Source of the DNA: Octopus bimaculoides
Lineage: Eukaryota
Reading direction: 5' to 3'
Length of the DNA: 62,053 nucleotides
Assembly (NCBI RefSeq): GCF_001194135.2
Contig: NC_068994.1
Coordinates: forward strand, 30,955,880-31,017,932
Each line of letters opens with the position of its first letter. Within the stretch, counting starts at the first letter, position 1. A program made the position numbers and the translations under genes. The notes below the pieces were generated by a model that was not told where the DNA came from, did no database searches, and worked only from the letters and a program-made list of their open reading frames with translations. Shown here piece after piece: positions 1 through 12,142 of this stretch.

Positions 1-40
1 TGATGATGATGATGACAATGTTTTCGGTGATGGTAGTAGC

Positions 41-104
<64 letters not shown>
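1..104. repeat. (GAT)n microsatellite
   Basis: Tandem GAT units read directly from the sequence. Confidence 0.95.
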
Positions 105-277
105 CCGCTGCTTCTCTTGCTGCTGTTGCTGATCCTGCTACATCAGTAGCACCTTCAGTCACTATGACAACTGTAGTTCTTCTGTTGCAACCTATCTCTA
201 CCCTGTACCTCAATGCAATTCTGCACCATTTATAACAACCCTGTTTTGTAGTCAGACCAGCGAGTGTGAAGTGTTGG

Positions 278-321
<44 letters not shown>

Positions 322-482
322 GGATAGATAAGATAAATAAGACAGATACATAAATAGATTATAAGTACATGCATGTAATAGTACGTATGTATATGTATGC
401 ATTATATATATAAGTATATATATCATTGTGTGTATATATGTATGTATGTATGTAGGTAGGTATGTATGTATGTATGTATATG

Positions 483-546
<64 letters not shown>

Positions 547-549
547 GTA

Positions 550-1230
550 CAGTGAATATATTGTCGTCTAAATTACGCAAAAATGAAAGTAACACTGACA
601 TCTCATTTTAACTAACATATTTACCAAAATTACATAAAAATATCATGAAATACTAGGGAGTAAATTTATTCAATAAAATCGCCATTGGCTTCAACCACGG
701 CCTCCAAACCACTTCGGAATCTCCTGCAACTCTTTTGGGCGGTCTCCTTGTTTAAGTTGGTGAATGCTGTCATAATCCTTGCCTTCAGTTCATCTTTGGT
801 ATTACAAAGAGTTTTCTTGGTCGCTCGCTCAGCTGTACCCCACACACACTAATCAAGGTGGATGCAGTCTGAGAAGTTAGGTGGCCAGATGTTAGGCGTG
901 ATGTGGTCGCAGAGATTGTCTAACAGCCATGACTGGGTTCTCCTGCTTGTGTGGCATGGTGCAGAGTCCTGTTGTCAGATATGGGGTCTTCCAGCAGCCA
1001 CCCTCTTGACCTAGGGCAGCACTACGTCCTCCAAGCACTTGACGTAGGCCTCCGTGTTAAACCTGATGCCGTGTCGGAAGATGAATGGGGGAATAACGTC
1101 GCCGTCACTAGTGATCAATCCAAACACCATAATGTTGACTGGATGTTTGATTTTTATCACTCTCGGTACGTGTTTTGGAGACACGGCAACCCGACAGTTA
1201 TTCTGTGTGTTCACCGTCTGTTCATATAGG
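550..1230 (-). mobile_element. Degenerate maT/Bmmar1-like (DD37D) Tc1/mariner transposon, 3' half
   Basis: Minus-strand translation gives HPVNIMVFGLITSDGDVIPPFIF...QQDSAPCHTSRRTQSWLLDNLCDHITPNIWPPNFSDCIHLD. There are 37 residues between the 2nd and 3rd Asp. It ends ...RLEAVVEANGDFIE*-like, has internal stops, and matches the copy at 53144-53477. Confidence 0.85.
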
Positions 1231-1289
1231 AGCTTCCGGTGCGAATGCCAAGTAGTATAGCATATCGTTTCTAAATTCATGGCAGAGTG

Positions 1290-1360
1290 AATTCTTTTCT
1301 ACTCTTTTCTACACAAGGCCCGAAATTTTGGGGGAGGGGACCAGTCGATTAGATCGACCT
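1290..1360 (-). mobile_element. SINE family A, 3' fragment
   Basis: Matches the 3' segment (cacaaggcc.gaaatttt..gggagggg..agtcgatta.atcgacc) of the other family A copies in the window. Confidence 0.7.
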
Positions 1361-1547
1361 CATACAGACATACATATATACAGACATACATATATACATA
1401 CATACATGCATACATGTATTCGTGAGCAATTTTATTAAGCCATAAATGGAAAGTTTTATTGAATAGCATGTACCTTTAAAATATGAGTACATATACTGTT
1501 TTTCTAAAATTTTGTTCTCAATTCATACAGACTTACATACATACATA

Positions 1548-1620
<73 letters not shown>

Positions 1621-1718
1621 ACGAGTGCGAGTGTGTGCGTGTGTAACACCTTTTGAATCAGTATTTTATGGATTGTCGAGACAGATTTAACTGATTCCCT
1701 GCCTGAACATATATACAG

Positions 1719-1960
1719 CAGTGGTTTCTACACTTTTTGGGACTGCCGCCCCCTTGGCACCCAGGCCACATTCCCAGCGCCCTCCTTTCACCACCACAAA
1801 CATAGACCATTTTCTGCAGCAAATTCAAAACAACTGTATTTCACAAAAAAAAAATATCCATTTATTTTGTTTTTACATCCATCTCCCCCTTTTGGCCACT
1901 CCATTATCACTCCAGTTTTCTCTACTACTCCCTAGATCTTTCCACCGCCCCCAGGTAGAG
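1719..1960 (+). mobile_element. Possible hAT-like non-autonomous element remnant
   Basis: Starts CAGTGGTTTCTACACTTTTT, which resembles hAT/Charlie-type termini. No intact second terminus was found. Confidence 0.35.
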
Positions 1961-2915
1961 TGTGGGGGAGAGAAAAGGAATCAGGAGATATGATCCGAAT
2001 TGCTTGCCACAGAGTTTGACTCCACTGAAAAAAAACCAAGTATCAAGTAGTGATGTAAACTGAATTCTACGTTAACTCATATGTGTTATCTAGGCAATAA
2101 TGGTTTAGAAATTGTAATGATGACATTTAATACAGTTGGGGATTCGTTTGAAAGATATGACTGACGTTTTTAAAAGATCGAATAGCAGAAATAGAGTAGG
2201 ATGTCGCATGAAAGAATCCCAAGACGGATTTCTGAAGCCGAGCCAACTGGTACGAGACTAAGGATAGATTAAAAGCGAAATGGTTGGATAAGATCCATAG
2301 TCCCAGTTGATCACACTTGAAACTGCAACAAGAAAGTATAATGATCGTTGCTTCTGATAGGAGCCTATGAAAGAGTCGACTGAGGACCCTACACACACGA
2401 CCCTCCCAGGAATAGTGGGCGGAGAAGAGGGATGGATGAAGGGATGGATACTCCTTTCAGTTATCGGTGGTGTTTGGTGATCTGAAACATGGCATTAAAA
2501 AGCAAACTGGATGGTTTTGGTCAATGGTGCCGATTTTAGATAATAAGTATTATATAGAGCCAGTCTGTTACTACTACAAATGTTTAGGATCGTTTGTAGC
2601 CGCCAATAATATCAAACAGCATTGGTCCATGTCATCGATTAACGTGATTTAGCACTGCATTAAGGTTCTAGTCTGCAATACACGGTAAATAAGTTGTCAA
2701 ACATCACATACTCAGTCTCCTGCTTACATCACATCAACAAAATAACAAATGAACAGAACAAAAGGGAAATGTAAATTGCTTAAATAATATTGAACAGTCG
2801 TCGCCTCTTTCCTAGCATACTGTATTCAACATCATGTACAGCTGTGTTCTGTTTTATCTATTTTATCTGAAATTGAACAAAAAGATCTAAAACAGATGTG
2901 CTCTCATATATGACT

Positions 2916-2917
<2 letters not shown>

Positions 2918-2983
<66 letters not shown>
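2918..2983. repeat. (TAA)n microsatellite
   Basis: Direct reading. Confidence 0.95.
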
Positions 2984-2985
<2 letters not shown>

Positions 2986-3196
2986 GTTAATATAGAAAGG
3001 ATATAGAGTCAAAATTAAAAGAGTGCCATTTGTTATCTTGTGAACAATATTTCGACATCTCGCATGTCTTCAACTGGTTCAAAAAATAAATTTGTCAATC
3101 TACTTCATTTTGGTTAATATAGAAAGGATTGAGGTAACTCCTCCTGAAGATAAAGAGTCACAATTAAAAGAAGAGTGCCATTTGTTATCTTGTGAT
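2983..3196. mobile_element. Direct-repeat unit, possible Penelope-like pseudo-LTR remnant
   Basis: tggttaatatagaaaggat...agagtca.aattaaaaga..gtgccatttgttatcttgtga occurs at about 2983-3043 and about 3112-3196. A degenerate hammerhead-like motif lies between them on the minus strand. Confidence 0.4.
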
Positions 3197-3203
3197 AATA
3201 ATG

Positions 3204-3257
<54 letters not shown>

Positions 3258-3259
<2 letters not shown>

Positions 3260-3397
3260 CCTTTCTACTATAGGCACAAGGCCTGAAATTTGGGGGAGGG
3301 GGATAGTCATCGACCTCAGTATTCAACTGGTACTTAATTTATTGACCCCGAAAGGATGAAAGGAAAAGTCGACCTCGGGGGAATTTGAACTCAGAAG
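3258..3397 (-). mobile_element. SINE family A (tRNA-derived), partial
   Basis: B-box-like gttcaaatt, core gtcgact.tgcctttcatcctttcggggtc.ataaa, and an (ATT)n tail. Confidence 0.85.
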
Positions 3398-3579
3398 GTG
3401 CCAAAAAACTCTTCTACTGCGGACAGCCGAGATTCTGTGATTGGTGCTTAAGTATTGAGTGTTGTCCAAGAAACTTAAGGCCTAAGTATCAAGCCTCATA
3501 ATCTGTGGAAAGAGTCCACTTTCGCAGAATTAACCAGAGCAAGTAAGATCGAAAGCTCTGAGAAGTAAAACATAATAAT

Positions 3580-3777
3580 GGTTTCAAATTTTGCCACATT
3601 GGCAGCCATTTTGTGGGAGGGGACAAGTCGATTACATCGACCCAAGTGTTTCGCTGGTACTTAATTTATCGACCACGAAAGGATGAAAGGCAATTTGAAC
3701 TCTGAACGTAGCGACGGGCGAAATAGCGTTTAGCATTTTGCCCGGCTTGCTAACGATTCTGCCAGCTCGCCACCTTA
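3580..3777 (-). mobile_element. SINE family A, near full length
   Basis: Head taaggtggcgagctggcagaatcgttagc (A-box-like), a B-box-like segment, the core and an (ATT)n tail. Confidence 0.88.
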
Positions 3778-3780
3778 ATC

Positions 3781-3985
<205 letters not shown>

Positions 3986-3987
<2 letters not shown>

Positions 3988-4186
3988 AGGCGGTGAGCTG
4001 GCAGAATTGTGAGCACGCCGGGCAAAATGCTTAGTGGCATTTCATCCGTCTTCATGTTCTGAGTTCAAATTGACTTTGCCTTTCACACTTTCGGGATCGA
4101 TAAAATAAGTACCAGTTGAGTATGGGCTCGATGCTATCGACTTACCTCTTCCTCAAAATTACTAGCCTAGTGCCAAAGTTTGAAAT
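3986..4186 (+). mobile_element. SINE family A, near full length
   Basis: taaggcggtgagctggcagaattg...gttctgagttcaaatt...actttgcctttcacactttcgggatcgataaa...tttgaaatc followed by (GTT)n. Confidence 0.88.
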
Positions 4187-4257
4187 CGTTGTTGTTGTTG
4201 TTGTTGTTGTTGTTGTTCATATACACACAACAAATTAGACTGCTAGAAAAAAAAATA

Positions 4258-5975
4258 CTAACATCGAGCTACAATAAGTAACCTTAGATCTATCTCTTTT
4301 TCATTCTTACTAAGATGCTTCAAATCATCCATGTAGAGCAAATGGTTAATTTTTCTCTTACTATTTCTGAGCTGATTCCCTGCTTTTGCCTTACTTAATA
4401 CTAAACTGAGAGGATCAAACATAAGACAAATATTAAAGGAGGATAACGAGTCCCCTTGAAAAATTATTCTCTTGATATTAACTTTCCCTAAGACTGTGTC
4501 ACCTGAGTAGATGTCTTTCCATTTCTTCATGCTAAAGCTAATTAATTCTCTTATGTTGTCTGCTATACTGAATATACTCAAACATTCACTTATCCATGAG
4601 TATGGAATCATATCTTATAATCTATCCATGATATTGTTAGATCTTTCTTTCAAGCTTTTACTTCATTTAGAACTGATTTGTCTATGTATAATAGATCAGG
4701 TCTTCCTCGAGCCTTCTTCCTGCAACCTTTCTGTTCTTCTGGCAGTAAATTCTGGTTGTCAAGGTGCTCGTACATGCTTTCTGAAAGCATTCCTCTTAAC
4801 AGCTTCCACACTAATAGCGAGTGGCTGGTCTATAATTGCTAGTTGTATTACCCTTAATGTTATCTTTCATAAGGAGTATTGTCCTCCCTCTGGTCATCCA
4901 TCCTGGTATTATTCCTCCAGTAAGACAATCCTGAAGTTGTTCTCTCAGCTTCCCATGTAAACTACTAAATTTCTTTAGCCAATACCCTTGAACCAAATCT
5001 GGTCCTGGGCCCTTCCAATTTGGCATTTTTCCAAACACTTTACTCATTAATGCACTAGTTAGTCTTAAATCTGGATTCTTTTCACTCACTCGTTCTTCCC
5101 TCAGTTTCTTTAACTACACTGCATCTTCATTATGATTAACTGGCTTATCCCAAATATTACTCCAGAACTTCCTAGCTTCTTCTGCATTAAGTTTCTTATC
5201 ATCAGTACTTCGTTTTCTACTATTTATTTGGTTATAAAGACTCCTCTGGTCTGTCTCAAATAAGCTGTTCTGTTGATACTGATCTATTCTTTTCTGATAT
5301 CTGGAGAGCTTACCTGCTACTGCTATGATACGCTGTTTCAACTCTTCCATGACTGTCTCAAATCCTTTCTCTTTGACTAAGTATCTTTTCTCTAGAGAAG
5401 ATTTGCATCTTGTGTTTCCTAACTTGTTCAGTTTTCAGGCTTCTATTGTACTCAGATCTTGTCTTAAAGTCAACGCTTTATTTTGTAATCTCCTTTTCCA
5501 CATTTGCTCTTTTCTTAATCATTCCTTGTGGATTTTTCTAGTAACTACTTCTAGTAACTACTACCTTTCCTGCATAGATCAATAAGTTAGTGTCTCCTAT
5601 ATTTTTAGTATCTGTCCTACTGATAACAGAATCTGCTTTCCTAGTCATAGCCAGTGGCTTCCTTCTGTTTGTACCTTCTAATGCTGGCAATCTTTTTCTT
5701 ACTTCTTTACTCATTAATTCCTGCAACTCATCTAAAATCTTCTGATCTTCTTCACTTAAATCACTTAAGTCGCTGGTGCCAGTTGTCTCTTCGTTATTGG
5801 TAGCGCTATTGTTATATTTTTCTTTAGGTTTTTCTTTGGTTTGAGCTGTATCTCTTACAATGTTGTTTGTCTTTCCTACTGCCTGATCTTTCTTTTCCTG
5901 TTCTCTTGTGATTTCTTCTACCTCCAATTCTGTCATCCACTTTCTTCTCCGAATAGCATTAGCTCGATCTATTAA
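4258..5975 (-). mobile_element. Degenerate R4/Dong-like (REL-class) non-LTR retrotransposon, N-terminal region plus reverse transcriptase
   Basis: Frameshifted ORFs contain RYQKRIDQYQQNSLFETDQRSLY, FWSNIWD, PNWKGPGPDLVQGYWLK, NYRP, IFQGDSLS and INHLLYMDDLK (RT YxDD). These motifs are typical of R4-clade RTs. Confidence 0.88.
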
Positions 5976-6984
5976 TCTGTTTTATCCTTATGTCGCCAAT
6001 ATCGTTGTACTGTTGATATTGTTGACGATAGATAAAGAATACTTTGTAACAGTGCTATAACAATACAAAATAGAAACAGCGCAGTGTCAAACACGTAACG
6101 AGCCAACAATCTTTTACGAACCAACAATCAATATTTCCAACGCACTAACTCGAACTGTAAACTATACCAAGACTTCGAAGACCAAACGACGAACTGCCGA
6201 CTACGTCAGACCACTATTATCTATGTGCGGTGGTCCCGTCTATTCTCACCACAACATAATCTCTGCTCAGTCACTTTAAACATACCCTTCTCTACTCAAA
6301 GTGTTAACATCTGTTTTCTATAGCTCCTTCTTTTAGGTTCAATTTCTAAGTAACACTGTATCACTATCCTGTTTTCTTCGCTGGTCCACATCCTCCTCCT
6401 TATTCTATTATCTGCTGATGTTGTATTAGTATAACAACTGTGGTCAGTTTACATCTTTACTGAACCACTGCCAAGCGAGAGGCCCTCCCTTAAAGGTCCA
6501 ACTTCATTTTCATTGTTACAGTCAGAGTTTCTACGGAAACTCCTGTCCCTCATAAACTGAGGTAAGGTAACGTTCGTCACCAACGTCATCACCACTTTTA
6601 TTTTTCGACATCTGATAGTTTCAACCAACTTTCTGTTGTATCTTTGTGCAGATGAGGTGGTGGGTACCGCATTTTTTTTTTCTTTGGCGGGGTTGATATT
6701 GTATTGCATCAGTATGTTTTGGTATGGGATTTGGTTTGAGTCTTCTGTTGTATTAGTTTTTGTATTGCTTGTTGTTTGCGCAGCGCAGGTTGTGTTCTTC
6801 TATTGGGTATCAGGCTTTTATGGCACATGTTATTGGCTTTGTTCGTTTTGTTGGGTATTTACTGTATGAGTTTATTCCTGTATGTTTTTGGAGGAGTGCT
6901 GCATACTAGTGTGTGTAGATCATAAATCATCCATTTCATAGTATTCGTGGTTCTTTGTCCATCGTTTTCTTGTTTTGGTTGGTT

Positions 6985-7123
6985 TTGTCTACCAGATCCA
7001 CTCACAAGGCTTTGGTCGGCCCGAGGCTACAGTAGAAAACAGTAGACCAAGGTGCCACATAGTGGGACTGAACCTGGAAACATGTGGTTAGGATGCAAGC
7101 CTCTTACCACACAGCCACTCCTG
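6985..7123 (-). mobile_element. SINE family B (tRNA head plus CORE-like segment)
   Basis: The reverse strand reads gtggctgtgtggtaagaggcttgc...ggttcagtcccact..tggcaccttgg...ccgaccaaagccttgtgagtgga. Confidence 0.85.
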
Positions 7124-7513
7124 ATGTTTCTTTCGTATTTATAATTATTATTGATGAATAAACGAGAGACCGAGAAGAAACAGCAATGTGCATATATATA
7201 GAGGTCTTATATAAATATGGATGTATATGTAATTAAAATTCTAAATTTCATATTTTACTCACACGTCTGCAGTTTTCGTATAGAATTATTGCAGTCCATG
7301 TGTTTATATTTTCAGGCGCGTGTATATATATATATACTCCATATAAGAAAAATCTTTCAGTTTCCTGAGATGGCTTACATTAAAACATTGTTTTCTTTCA
7401 TTGTTCTTGCAGATTCTTAATTCCTGCTTCATGATAGTTTCAGATTTGATCTATCTTCGCGGCAGCTCACTGTCACACGTCTATGCTGTTTGCTATTATT
7501 ATTATTATTATTG

Positions 7514-7690
7514 TTCAGTAGTTTTATTTTTATAACGTGCTTTCACTTCACTACCGAGCGCAGCTCTGTCCGCTTTGGGTATGTGCTGTGGTTTGCTGTG
7601 GTGCTCTTATGTTTACTGTATTGAAAGTGTTTTGCGTAGAATGTGTGCAGTACCCAGTAGTGCAATTTTCTGTATGTTATATCTATTTGT
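7514..7690 (-). mobile_element. 5'-truncated R4/Dong-like retrotransposon 3' end embedded in (TAA)n
   Basis: Encodes NIQKIALLGTAHILRKTLSIQ* plus the 3' UTR. It differs at 3 positions in about 177 bp from 39401-39577 and has TAA repeats on both sides. Confidence 0.9.
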
Positions 7691-7908
<218 letters not shown>

Positions 7909-8146
7909 TTAGCTACAAGGGATCGTGCATACAAATAAAATTAATATTAAAATATATCGGCTATGAAATATGCATGGGATGGACAAGAGAAAAAAGTTAT
8001 ATACAAACGAGATGTAGGGTTAGGTTGTCGTATAATAAACAATAAAAAGTTTTATATTTTAACAACATACATACATACATACATACATACATACAAACAT
8101 ACATACATACATACATACATGCATGCATGCATGCATACATAAACAC

Positions 8147-8305
8147 AGGCGTGGTTGTGCTGTGAGAAATTTGATGCCCGACCACATGGTTCCCGGTTCA
8201 GTTACACTGTGCAGCATCTTGGGCAAGTGTCTTCTACTAAAAGCCTGGGCCAACCAAAGCCTTGTGAGTGGATTTGATATGTAAAAACTGAAAGAAACCT
8301 GCTGA
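8147..8305 (+). mobile_element. SINE family B head and core
   Basis: aggcgtggttgtgctgtgagaa...ggttcagtt...cttgggcaagtgtcttctacta...ccaaagccttgtgagtgga. The tail segment resumes at about 8720-8778 after other sequence and a microsatellite. Confidence 0.85.
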
Positions 8306-8979
8306 CTGCATCAAAACCCTGGAATTCCCGAACCAGGTATTCATTCGATTTGATCGTGGGGACGCAGAAATACTCTTGGTTAGTATCAGGGCGCACAGTA
8401 AGAACCACCGTGTGTGAGAGGTCAGACGTTGTTGTAACAGTATCCTTCAAGGAGAGGGACCTAACCGTTTGGAAGCGGACAGTAAGATACAACTTTCGTC
8501 TGATCAGCAACCGGATTGATAAGGCATGCGAGCGGTCATGGGTGGAAAGTCAGAAATACCACTGGCAGCAAGGAAAGAGAAGGGGACAGCAATTGTCCGT
8601 GAAGATGGAGCAATTACCATGTATGTATGTATGTATGTATGTATGTATGTATGTAGGTAGGTAGGTAGGTAGGTAGGTAGGTAGGTAGGTAGGTAAGTAG
8701 GTAGGTAGGTAGGTAGGTAGGTGTGTCTTTGCGTTTGTCCTTCACCACCGTTTGACACCCGGTTTTGACTTGCTTACGCNNNNNNNNNNNNNNNNNNNNN
8801 NNNNNNNNNNNNNNNNNNNNNNNNNNNNNNNNNNNNNNNNNNNNNNNNNNNNNNNNNNNNNNNNNNNNNNNNNNNNNNNNNNNNNNNNNNNNNNNNNNNN
8901 NNNNNNNNNNNNNNNNNNNNNNNNNNNNNNNNNNNNNNNNNNNNNNNNNNNNNNNNNNNNNNNNNNNNNNNNNNNNNNN

Positions 8980-9062
<83 letters not shown>

Positions 9063-10693
9063 TAAAATGCGAAGTGAAGTTTTAAATGTTTACGGCATTT
9101 GCTTCCATCACGGAAGTGGAGGAAGTTTTAGAACAGAAAATGTTTTTTCAAAACAGGATTTATACAAATACGTACATTGCAATAGTAATTTAAGTTGGTA
9201 GAGGATATATAAACTCATTCTCTAAATAGATTCCACGCCCCTTCAACGATTTCCGTTGTTCTACCGATGTTTATATTTTCCGGCGTAAGATACACTCTCT
9301 CACACATACTCACGCGCGCATTATATCATTCAGTGTTAGATGTTACATTGACTTGTGTGAGATGCAAGCAATAATAGGGCTATATAAAAATATGGCTCGG
9401 TTTTCGTGAAAAATGAATAGATGAATGCTTGAAATTAAGTGGATCTCGCATGTGGTTCGATTTTCACTTCGATTCCTTTTCTTTTGTTTTCTCTCAAGAT
9501 GATCTCTCTATTTTTTATATTTAGGACATCGGAGAGTCCGATTGAGTAAAAATAAAGAACATCTTTTTTCTCTAACATCCTTAGAAAACAAAGTATAATT
9601 TCTAATAATTTACACAAAATGTCGGCTTTTATACAACACGGATCCCACTGAATTGCTCTCATCAACCTTATCTCTGGAAGCATGTTTAAAACATTGGCAG
9701 GATAATTATAGCATAACACAAAATACTTTACTTAAGCCCTTCGCTTCCAATGGATCGTAGACCACCGACGACTTTTATCCGCTGCTCTTTATTTTGGGCA
9801 TATGTTTCCCTGAAGGAAGGCCTTCCTCTCTCAGGTCTTGGTTTTGAATAGCCAACTAAGTTTCTGTAACTTTGCTTCATTTTTTTACTAGGTAGGGGTG
9901 TTTGGGCCCTACACAAACCCATTTTTACCTCTAGGCAGTCCATATTAGCCTGACCTCTGTCCTTTAACCTATCCAGATTGACAGACCTCCACCAAGAGCT
10001 TGCGCTCCACTGGTGTGGTTCTCAGAGTCATTGAGACACATGGACCACCACACCACACCACAACAAGACCAGGACCTTGTGATGGTTCAGGCAAAATGCT
10101 TTGCAGTATTTCTTTCGACTTTTTACGTTCTCAGTTCAAATCTCGCCGAGATCAACTTCGCCTTTTACCCTTGCGGATACGATAAAATATAAAATACCAG
10201 TCAAGTATGAAGGTCGACGATATCAACTAAACTCTCAACCGAAAAATTGCTGGCTTTCTGCCTAAATTAAAAATCATTATCGAATATCTTCTTCCTTGAA
10301 ATATTTCAATTATTGAATGTCCACGTTTAATTAAAATATAATCAATAACGTTACCAAGTTCAGTGGTAGCATCTTCGTTTATTGTTGTAATTTCATTGCT
10401 TCTACGAATAAACCAACGAATAGGGAACAGCATTTATTAAGCTATAATTTGCATTTATAAACAACTTATTCAGTGAAGCTTTCATAATTAACAATTAACT
10501 ATTTTATTTACATAAAATCCGATTGTAGTAGATTTGATTAACTCCCCTGACAATTCTAGGGACCCTAACAGTAAACAATTACGTTACTCACACAAACGCG
10601 CACGCGCGCACACACATATACATACATACATACATACATACATACATACATGTATATATATATATAGGTATAGAGTTATAGAGNNNNNNNNNN

Positions 10694-10737
<44 letters not shown>

Positions 10738-10890
10738 TCGGAGATTTTAATGGTAGTTGAAAAGATATTAGGGTCTATTTCTAATTCAGTTCGTGGCGAG
10801 GCACTTAGCTGACCCTGATTATAATTATGTATATAATTATAGAATATTATATATATATTAAAACAGGAGATTGGAAAAATCTTGGTATTA

Positions 10891-11042
10891 TTTATTCATC
10901 GTTACACGTGTTTCATTTGTTAGTATGTGTTGCATAATGTATGATTTGATTCTCTGTCTGAAGATTTTCTAAGAGGAAATATCTTACATGTAGAATTTTA
11001 TAACTCCTATTAGCAAATGAAACACGTGTAATGGTGAATAAA
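10891..11042. repeat. Fold-back element with about 35-bp inverted arms
   Basis: 10891-10925 (tttattcatcgttacacgtgtttcatttgttagta) is the near-perfect reverse complement of 11008-11042. Confidence 0.85.
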
Positions 11043-11221
11043 CAGTACCAAAATGTTTCCAGCAGCTTGCTTTGATATTATTCTGCAGAAAATATTTACC
11101 AGTATTTTCACCACTTATGCATGCCTCACACAAATTTAACATCAACATACGAATGTGGAATACTGAAATAAGCGGATGTACTTCAATAGGACATGAGTTG
11201 GATTCTAATCCTATCTAAATA

Positions 11222-11298
<77 letters not shown>

Positions 11299-11419
11299 AC
11301 ATTCATACATGCGCACATACATCACTGTGCCGACCGGACTACTGGATTTTTTATAGACGCCTGGTCACAGTGCGCTTCTTCCCATTTTTTTTGTTTTTTT
11401 TTGTTTAACGCGCAGAACT

Positions 11420-11587
11420 CCATTCCATCGTAGGGTTACCCATTTGCAGCTGAATGAACTGGGCCAATGTGAAATGAAGTGCTGAAGTGTTTTCCCCAAG
11501 AATACAACGCACCGCCTGGCCCGGAAATCGAGACCACGACTTTATGATCGTGAGTGCAACATCCAAACCACCAGGTCACACGCCTTC
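11420..11587 (-). mobile_element. SINE family C (tRNA-derived, CORE-like)
   Basis: Shares gtgaaatgaagt...caagaa.acaacgcaccgcc.gg...gaatc.agaccacga with copies at about 13270-13405, 21010-21100 and 51650-51790. Confidence 0.7.
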
Positions 11588-12036
11588 ATACATGCACACA
11601 CACACTTACGCACGCACACACGCTCGCGCGCGCTCACACATACATACGCACACATTATTACTATTTTTATGCCCCCACATGAAATAAAAATTAGCTCAAT
11701 CATTAGAGACTAACACACACCCACTCTAACTCGTAACGTAACACGCATTGTTAATACATACTCATAACAACGCACAGACGCACATAATTCTCCTTCTGAT
11801 ATGACTGAACGAAACGACAAAGTCATTATAAAACTGGACTCACAAAACGCAGTGTTAATGGCGTCATGTTTATTATGTATTGAATTTTAATGACTGCGGG
11901 AATTGTGACTGTGTAATGCTGACATTCTTATCGTTTACTGAATTAGACATGAAATTCCCTGCACAGGATTAGTATTTAATTATTGAGTTAGAAATCATTT
12001 ACTTCATACATTCAATAATTAACATTTGTACTTATA

Positions 12037-12068
<32 letters not shown>

Positions 12069-12142
12069 CGCTATAGAGCAAAAATATAAAATCCTCGGAA
12101 GGTAGAAAGATAGGGTATTTCCACTGAGAAATGCTATATATA

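Noticed and set aside
6449-6709. ORF possibly resembling a Gypsy integrase C-terminus, with LTR-like sequence at about 6000-6400
   Set aside because: No diagnostic motif, PBS, PPT or paired LTR could be identified.
8310-8620. GC-richer insert inside a SINE-B copy
   Set aside because: It is probably a TE fragment, but no frame gave a recognisable domain.
9728-10050. ORF with a RGRP motif suggestive of an RTE-type LINE end
   Set aside because: A single short motif is not enough to call it.
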